From Thecamonas trahens ATCC 50062 (taxonomy: Eukaryota; Protista; Apusomonadida): DNA of 64,000 nt. The position numbers and the translations under genes are program-made. How positions within the stretch are numbered: position 1 is the stretch's first letter; every line of letters begins with the position of its first letter. Below the pieces are notes generated by a model, which worked only from the letters and a program-made list of their open reading frames with translations, ran no database searches and was not told where the DNA came from. This document shows positions 58,066 to 64,000 of this stretch, piece after piece. The stretch is taken from assembly GCF_000142905.1 (NCBI RefSeq), contig NW_013657645.1:248001-312000 (forward strand), given 5' to 3'.

Positions 58066-58298
58066 TTTCTTGCTTCCAGCCACATACATCAACCGCCCAA
58101 CCAGCCCGCCACTCACCAGCCCCCGATCAGCCTCTCCTGCCACACCGGCCGAGTCATGCCTTTTCGCCCACTCTCACTGTCTACCACCGTCCCCATCATA
58201 CTCGATGGAGCAGCCGTCGTGCGGAAGAGTCCGCCTAGCAACTGCCACCAGCCGGCCATCTTCCTTGGTTGGCCATCCGCCCGACATCTGCCACCAAG

Positions 58299-58766
58299 CC
58301 CATCATCTGCCCAAGTCAAAGGAGAGACTGCGGATATGATGGCGTCATTGCGCCAAGCAGCACGCCTCATCATCTACCTAATCAAAGGAGAGACTGCGGA
58401 TATGATGGCGTCATTGCGCCAAGCAGCACGCCTCATCATCTGCCAAATCAAAGGAGAGACTGCGGATACGATGGCGTCATTGCGCCAAGCAGCACGCCCC
58501 CCCATCATCTGCCCAAGTCAAAGGAGAGACTGGGGGATATGATGGCGTCATTGCGCCAAGCAGCACGCCCCCCCATCATCTGCCCAAGTCAAAGGAGAGA
58601 CTGGGGGATATGATGGCGTCATTGCGCCAAGCAGCACGCCCCCCCATCATCTGCCCAAGTCAAAGGAGAGACTGGGGGATATGATGGCGTCATTGCGCCA
58701 AGCAGCACGCCCCCCCATCATCTGCCCAAGTCAAAGGAGAGACTGGGGGATATGATGGCGTCATTG
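58299..58766. repeat. Minisatellite, 7 copies of a 66-71 bp unit
   Basis: AAAGGAGAGACTG recurs at 58318, 58384, 58450, 58520, 58591, 58662 and 58733. Unit: CATCATCTGCCCAAGTCAAAGGAGAGACTG(C/GG)GGATATGATGGCGTCATTGCGCCAAGCAGCACGCC. Confidence 0.97.
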
Positions 58767-58936
58767 GCGGAGAGTGCGCCAAGCAACGTTTTTTTGTCGG
58801 CAGCCAACACGACACAGAAGGAGGCCCACCTGACGAGGGAGGACAGCTCACTCTCGCCACGGGGCGAAGCAACAGAGACGAGAGAGAGAGAGAGAGAAAG
58901 GGAGGGAGCAGAGACGCCAAGAGTTGAACAAAGCTA

Positions 58937-60718
58937 ATGATGTGGATGTCTGGAATGTTTGGTGTTACGGTGGTCGTTGTGGTCGTTCTTGTTGCCGCCA
59001 TGGCTCCTGATGTCTCTGGCCAGCAGCTGTCGTGGTCGTTGCTCACGCCATCAACCTCTGCGGCACCATCTCCTCGACGTGATGCTGTGTGGGAGTATGA
59101 TGCTGGAAGGAATCAAGTTGTTCTCTTTGGTGGTGTCTCTGCCTCGGGAGAGACAAACGATGTGTGGACCTTTGATTTGACCACAAACGTGTGGACAGAG
59201 CGATCCACCTCTGGTACCCGTCCGGTTGTTCGCTTTGATATGGTCTCGGGCATTGTGGGCAACTCGTTGTACATCTCCTCAGGTCAATCAGGTCCCATTG
59301 TGCTCTCGGATGTGTGGGAGCTTGATCTGACAACCTACGCATGGACTCAGCTGCCGCAGGCTGGTGCCATTCCTCGCGGACGGTACGGATCGGCTGGCGG
59401 CGTCTTCCGCACAGGCACGGGCCTGTACCTCTCGCACGGCTTCAACAAGAAGGTCCGCTACGATGACACCTTCTTCTACTCGTTTGCCGAGCAAAAGTGG
59501 ATCGAGGTGACGCCGGCAGGGAATCTGCCCGGCGCGAGGTGCCTGGTGGGCACCACCATGCTCACCGCCAACTCGTTCACCATGTACGGCGGATGCGGGT
59601 CCGGCGGCTACTCGCCGTGCCCGTCGCAGGAGAGCTTCATCTTTGCCGCCAACTTTGCCGATGGCTCGCGCAACTGGGTCAAGACCCGCAAGTGCCCGCC
59701 CAAGCTCCAGCGGGCCGCCATGGCGTTCTTCCCGGGCGACAGCTCCAAGGCTGTGCTCTACGGCGGCGCCAAGGCGACCGCCGGCGGCGTTGTTAACGTG
59801 CTCGACGTGCCATCTGGGGCGTGGACCCGGGTAGTGCCGGGCGGCAGCGCAGTGCCTGCCGTTCGCCAAGCTCACACCATGACGCTTGTGTACAACACGG
59901 CATCACCCTCGTCCGAGTACGTGCTGGTCTTTGGCGGGCAGGTCAGCGGCGCGCTGACCAACGAGATCTGGCGGCTGAGCGGGACGACGACGGCCGGACT
60001 GCCGAACAAGGCCTGCCAGATCGGCTTTGACTTTCGGATTCTGCACGGCCTCTTTATGTGGCTCTCGTGGGGTCTCCTCCTTCCGGGAGGCATCTTTGCG
60101 GCGCGGTTCCTCAAGCACTCGAGCGCCAAGCCGCGCGGGCTTCCGATCTGGTTCTTCATCCACCGCATTGTCATGCCGATTGGGCTATGCTTTGCGCTGC
60201 TAGGCTTCATCTTTGCGTGGTTCATCACCGGCAAGCACTTTACCGCCCTCCCACACGCCATTTTTGGCGTCCTTGTCACGCTTCTCGGCCTGCTCCAGCC
60301 GGTCAACGCCTACTTTCGGCCGCACCCCAACCCGCTCAACTGCAAGCGCAAGTTCTGGCAATACCTCCACTGGTGGGGCGGGCGGACGGCGGCGGTGCTC
60401 GGCCTGGTCAACGTCGGCCTCGGCGTATGGCATCTCAACCAGCACATCTTTGAGAACCTCTCGGGCCTGTACATCGTGTACGGTCTCGAGATGGCGCTGT
60501 TTGTCTTTGGCTTCCTCGCCCTCAACGTGCTCAAGGGCAAGAACGACGCCGAGACCTTTAAGTTCTCGTCGTGGCATGTTTGGTTGCCCAACATCACCCG
60601 CAAGGGCGAACCTGTCACCTCAACATCCAACTCGGACGACGGCGTGGCCATGTCGTCGTCGTCGCCAGCGCGCACCAAGGGCAGCGAGTCGGCGGCGTCG
60701 TCGTCGTCATCGTCATAA
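58937..60718 (+). CDS. Signal peptide + Kelch beta-propeller + cytochrome b561 (FRRS1/CYBDOM-type) membrane protein
   Basis: Kelch LFGG..TNDVWTFDL...W repeats. b561 heme His motifs LHGLFMWLSWG, WFFIHR, HAIFG..LQP...FRP, WQYLHWWGGR. Confidence 0.88.
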   Translation: MMWMSGMFGVTVVVVVVLVAAMAPDVSGQQLSWSLLTPSTSAAPSPRRDAVWEYDAGRNQVVLFGGVSASGETNDVWTFDLTTNVWTERSTSGTRPVVRFDMVSGIVGNSLYISSGQSGPIVLSDVWELDLTTYAWTQLPQAGAIPRGRYGSAGGVFRTGTGLYLSHGFNKKVRYDDTFFYSFAEQKWIEVTPAGNLPGARCLVGTTMLTANSFTMYGGCGSGGYSPCPSQESFIFAANFADGSRNWVKTRKCPPKLQRAAMAFFPGDSSKAVLYGGAKATAGGVVNVLDVPSGAWTRVVPGGSAVPAVRQAHTMTLVYNTASPSSEYVLVFGGQVSGALTNEIWRLSGTTTAGLPNKACQIGFDFRILHGLFMWLSWGLLLPGGIFAARFLKHSSAKPRGLPIWFFIHRIVMPIGLCFALLGFIFAWFITGKHFTALPHAIFGVLVTLLGLLQPVNAYFRPHPNPLNCKRKFWQYLHWWGGRTAAVLGLVNVGLGVWHLNQHIFENLSGLYIVYGLEMALFVFGFLALNVLKGKNDAETFKFSSWHVWLPNITRKGEPVTSTSNSDDGVAMSSSSPARTKGSESAASSSSSS

Positions 60719-60758
60719 ATCAAACACTCTATGCTGCATCCAGCTTTGTCTCCACTAC

Positions 60759-62279
60759 CTACGACGAGAGCGGGCGAACCCAGAGGTCGAGGATGACCAG
60801 CGAGATGAGGCCGAGGACGAGAGAGCCGAGGAGGGCGGCCGAGAGGACAAAGAACGACGCAAACTGCGAGGCGGCAAAGGCGGCGCCGGTCGAGCCGGCC
60901 TGGACGGCCTTGAAGGCGGCAAATGCCGCCTCGCGGTGCTCCGGGAAGAATGAGCCGAGGATGGCGTATAGCTGGGTGTTGTACGAGGCATCGGCAGCGC
61001 CGAGCGCAACAGCGGCCGGGAACATGACCCACGACGGCCAGTCAAAGTGGGCGACGGCGTTGGCGGCGAGGACACCCACAACACAGGCAAAGGCGCCTGC
61101 AAAGAGGATCGGGCGCCGGCCGATGCGGTCCGAGACCTTGCCGAGAATGAGCGAGAGCGAGGCGTCGGCCGAGCCAAAGCACGCCATCAGCCAGCCGATC
61201 ATGCGGAGGTCGACCTGCCGCGGGAAGATGCCGAAATAGTACGTCTGCGTCAGTCCCGAGTAGAACATGGGCAAAATGAGAAGCTGGAGCCGGAGCTTGC
61301 CAAACAGATGGAGAGTCTCCAGGACGAGCTCACGAGTGGTGAGCGTCGGCAGGCCAAGGTCGGGCCCGGCCTCGGTGTCCTGCACAGAGCCGGCTTGCGC
61401 AAGGAGCGACTCGGCCGCCGCGGCATCGTCACCAACGACAGGCGCCTTGAGCAGCGAGCCCGGATACGTCGGCTTGACTGCAAGGAGCAGGAGCGAGAAG
61501 AGCAGCGCAATGCCGGTGAGGATGATGATGACCACGTGGACATTGATGCCGACGTGCAGGAGAACGGCAACAAGCAGGTTGCCGGTCACCTGGTTGATCT
61601 GGAAGATGGAGAAGAACAGGCCAGACATCTTGCCCATTTGCCCAGCGTCCGATGACTGCGCCAGATGCGCGCCCTGCGCCGTCCACAGGACGCCGGCACC
61701 CACACCCATAATGCCTGCAACAGGCAGCAGGATGTACGCCTCGACATGGATGTTAGCCGCAATAAACATGCAGTAGGTAAAGGCGCCGATGCAGAGCGAG
61801 ATCCGGTTGCCGAGCGTCCGCACCACCGCAGGAGCGATAAAGGTCGAGAGCGCAAGGCAGGTGTAGAGGATGCCGAGCGAGAAGAAGCCAAGTGACTTGT
61901 TGAGCGAGGTCTCAAAGTTCTGCAACGAGTTAAACGAGGTGAAGAGACCACAGAACGCTGTCGCCACCACAATCACGTTGCCCACGTTGTACTCGCCGAG
62001 GCCTACACCACAGAGCTTGAACACTTCGGGACGGCCCTTCCCGCCACTGCCACCACCACCAGCTCCACCATCACCACCGCCATCATACGCAGTCGACAGG
62101 TGACGGCGAGCCGATGATGGCACGACAGAACCAGCAGCGAATTTTCCATTTCCTCGCTCGTGCCCAACACGAGAGCGATTGGCATTCGAGTTGTAGGGCA
62201 GAGCAGATGTGAGAGCCGTTGCTGAGGAAGACCTCGTGCTTGTCGCCGTCTTTGCACCACTCGACGTGGCAGGAGCCAT
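60759..62279 (-). CDS. UNC-93-like MFS membrane protein (start may be 62438)
   Basis: LFTSFNSLQNFETSLN, LGFFSLGILY, GVGAGVLWTAQGAHL, GLFFSIFQINQVTGN, LILPMFYSG, GKVSDRIGRR, AFAAFK. Confidence 0.88.
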   Translation of the reverse strand: MAPATSSGAKTATSTRSSSATALTSALPYNSNANRSRVGHERGNGKFAAGSVVPSSARRHLSTAYDGGGDGGAGGGGSGGKGRPEVFKLCGVGLGEYNVGNVIVVATAFCGLFTSFNSLQNFETSLNKSLGFFSLGILYTCLALSTFIAPAVVRTLGNRISLCIGAFTYCMFIAANIHVEAYILLPVAGIMGVGAGVLWTAQGAHLAQSSDAGQMGKMSGLFFSIFQINQVTGNLLVAVLLHVGINVHVVIIILTGIALLFSLLLLAVKPTYPGSLLKAPVVGDDAAAAESLLAQAGSVQDTEAGPDLGLPTLTTRELVLETLHLFGKLRLQLLILPMFYSGLTQTYYFGIFPRQVDLRMIGWLMACFGSADASLSLILGKVSDRIGRRPILFAGAFACVVGVLAANAVAHFDWPSWVMFPAAVALGAADASYNTQLYAILGSFFPEHREAAFAAFKAVQAGSTGAAFAASQFASFFVLSAALLGSLVLGLISLVILDLWVRPLSS

Positions 62280-62772
62280 GGCGGTGTTGGTGGCGGTGAC
62301 GGTGGTGGTACCCAAGCCACGTGGGCTCTCACTCGCTACATAGCTCAAGAGAGGTGAAGCAGGTGAAGGTGAAGGTGAAGGTGGAGGTATGAGTAGGGAT
62401 GGTGAGCCTGTAGAGCCGTGCTCTGGAACGTTCTGCATCCTCTCTCCCCGCCTGCTCTCCGGCTGGCCGAGTCAGATGCCGGCCGCCGCCCACCAATGGC
62501 ACTCTCAGTTTATTGCAATCCAATTGATCGAGACAATCGAAAGCGGCAGCCGGTCGTGTGACTTGTCCTTTCGGTCAGGGCCTGGGAACTGGCGCTTTTT
62601 GCCCCGTCATCTTGGCCTGGGCTTCGGCCTGGGCCTGGGACCTGGCTCTTGGCCCTTGGCTCTTGGCTCCGGCATCTTACTGTTTCTTTGTGTCATGTTG
62701 GTCACGTTGGTCGGTTGATCGGTCGGTCGGTCAGCCGATCTGGGTGGTGGCTGACGTACAGCTACGGGAAGG

Positions 62773-64000
62773 CTACGGTGACGGAGTGTGATCAAGATGA
62801 GATCGGGGCTTGGCTAGCCAGGGAAGGCCGCCAGGAGGGAGCTTGCAGCAAGCAAAGAGTGGGGAGCCGTGACGGTTGAGGAGGGAGACGATGGACGAGT
62901 GGCCGCGCGCGGCGGCGAGTTTGAGCGCCTTGGCCCGTGCAGAGACGGGGTTGGCAGAAGGCGCAGAGATGAGGGCGAGCACAATGTCGTGGTGGCCGTG
63001 CCATGCAGCCTCACACACCGCGCGATACTCGGCGGCGCTGACATCAATGTGCTCGCACTCGAGGAGGCGTGCCACAACAGCAAGGTGGCCAGCGCTGGCC
63101 CCGGCGCACAATGCCGAGGACAGCGCCGGGCCGTCGGTCCTCCCGGTGCCCGCCAGAACGTCCACCACGCCAACATGCCCGCGCTTGGCCGCCAACCGCA
63201 GCGCTTCGTAGCCGCCGGCAGAAGGATCAACTCTGGGGCAATCGAGCAAGAGGCGGACGACAGCAAGATGCCCATTGACCGCGGCAATACGGAGCGCTTG
63301 CGAGCTGTGCGCCGCGGGATCGGCACCGCCGCAGCCAACCAGCACGTTGACAACTTCTGCCGACCCGTGCGACGCCGCGAGGCAAACAAGTCGCGAGTTT
63401 CTCGCACAAGCATCAGCCGACGGACAGGCTGCAAGGACTGCCGCTGTGGCGCCCGCGTGACCAACTCGGATCGCAGCCTCCAGCGCCTCGGCCACGACGG
63501 CGCTCCCCAGCGGTCTGCCCGCCTCGGCCGCATCCCGCGCCAGCACCATGATCGCCGGGCTAGCACCATACGCGGCGGCCCAGACAAAGACCGGAACAGG
63601 CGCACAATCATCATCACGAAGCGTTGCCGCCACAGAGCAAGCCGCCAATCGCCGCACCAGGCGGAGCCAGTCCTCGGAGCAACTTGCAGCGCCGTTCTCA
63701 AATGCGATCCGAAGGCGGTGCTCCTCGTTCCAATTCCAACACGAGCAGAGTGGGCGGGAGGCGGCAAACAAGCGGTTGCGGGGCTGGCCTTGGTTGTGCC
63801 GTTGGTCACGGTAGTTATGATCATTAAGATTGATGCGGTGGTAGTTGTTGCTGTGGTGATCATCGTTGCCGTTGTTGGAGTCGCTGTCGTGGTCGGGATG
63901 GTTGTCGTTGTCATCGTTGTTATCGTTGCGGTAGTCGCGGTCGTGGTCGTGTTTGTTGCCATGATCATCACCATGGTCATGATAATGTGGCTGAAAAAGG
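62773..64000 (-). CDS. Ankyrin-repeat protein with His/Asp/Asn-rich N-terminal tract; 5' end beyond the window
   Basis: ALRIAAVNGHLAVVRLLL, ALRLAAKRGHVGVV, AAWHGHHDIVLALI. The same frame stays open upstream of 63771 to the window edge (HYHDHGDDHGNKHDHDRD...). Confidence 0.85.
   Translation of the reverse strand, partial: LFQPHYHDHGDDHGNKHDHDRDYRNDNNDDNDNHPDHDSDSNNGNDDHHSNNYHRINLNDHNYRDQRHNQGQPRNRLFAASRPLCSCWNWNEEHRLRIAFENGAASCSEDWLRLVRRLAACSVAATLRDDDCAPVPVFVWAAAYGASPAIMVLARDAAEAGRPLGSAVVAEALEAAIRVGHAGATAAVLAACPSADACARNSRLVCLAASHGSAEVVNVLVGCGGADPAAHSSQALRIAAVNGHLAVVRLLLDCPRVDPSAGGYEALRLAAKRGHVGVVDVLAGTGRTDGPALSSALCAGASAGHLAVVARLLECEHIDVSAAEYRAVCEAAWHGHHDIVLALISAPSANPVSARAKALKLAAARGHSSIVSLLNRHGSPLFACCKLPPGGLPWLAKPRSHLDHTPSP

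Noticed and set aside
58299-58766. Possible CRISPR array
   Set aside because: Units are contiguous with no unique spacers, there are no cas genes, and the context is eukaryotic.

Overview
GC-rich, gene-dense, intron-poor eukaryotic (protist) scaffold with six 100-N assembly gaps and about 23 protein genes. The gene content (EFL, BRF2-like, EDRF1, maspardin, tetraspanin, an integrin-like cytoplasmic tail) and base composition would fit an apusomonad-like flagellate such as Thecamonas, but this is inference only. Housekeeping genes: maspardin, F-box/WD40, dynactin p27, beta-adaptin, mS45-like, PRP43/DHX15, UFD1, EDRF1, BRF2-like, DCN1, serine racemase, TRIP12/UPL3-type HECT E3, EFL, RapGAP, UNC-93-like. 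Four proteins have unusual surface or signalling architectures. (1) A ~2,800-aa single-pass receptor: two C-type lectin domains, ~14 IPT/Ig-like repeats, PSI-IPT-PSI-IPT, TM and an intracellular RasGAP, i.e. a plexin-like layout with lectins in place of Sema. (2) A kinase-less FHA-LRR(EF-hand)-ROC-COR-TIR-TIR Roco protein. (3) An extensin-like (SPPP) Cys-rich receptor whose integrin-beta/Sib-like double-NPxY tail is hidden behind a 1-nt frameshift. (4) A Kelch-cytochrome b561 fusion. Non-coding oddities are a palindrome/hairpin/direct-repeat cassette at 13.37-13.69 kb and a 66-71 bp minisatellite at 58.3-58.8 kb. Four single-base deletions in conserved genes are most likely assembly errors. 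No rRNA, tRNA or CRISPR was recognised. All domain calls are by eye from motifs; no searches were run.
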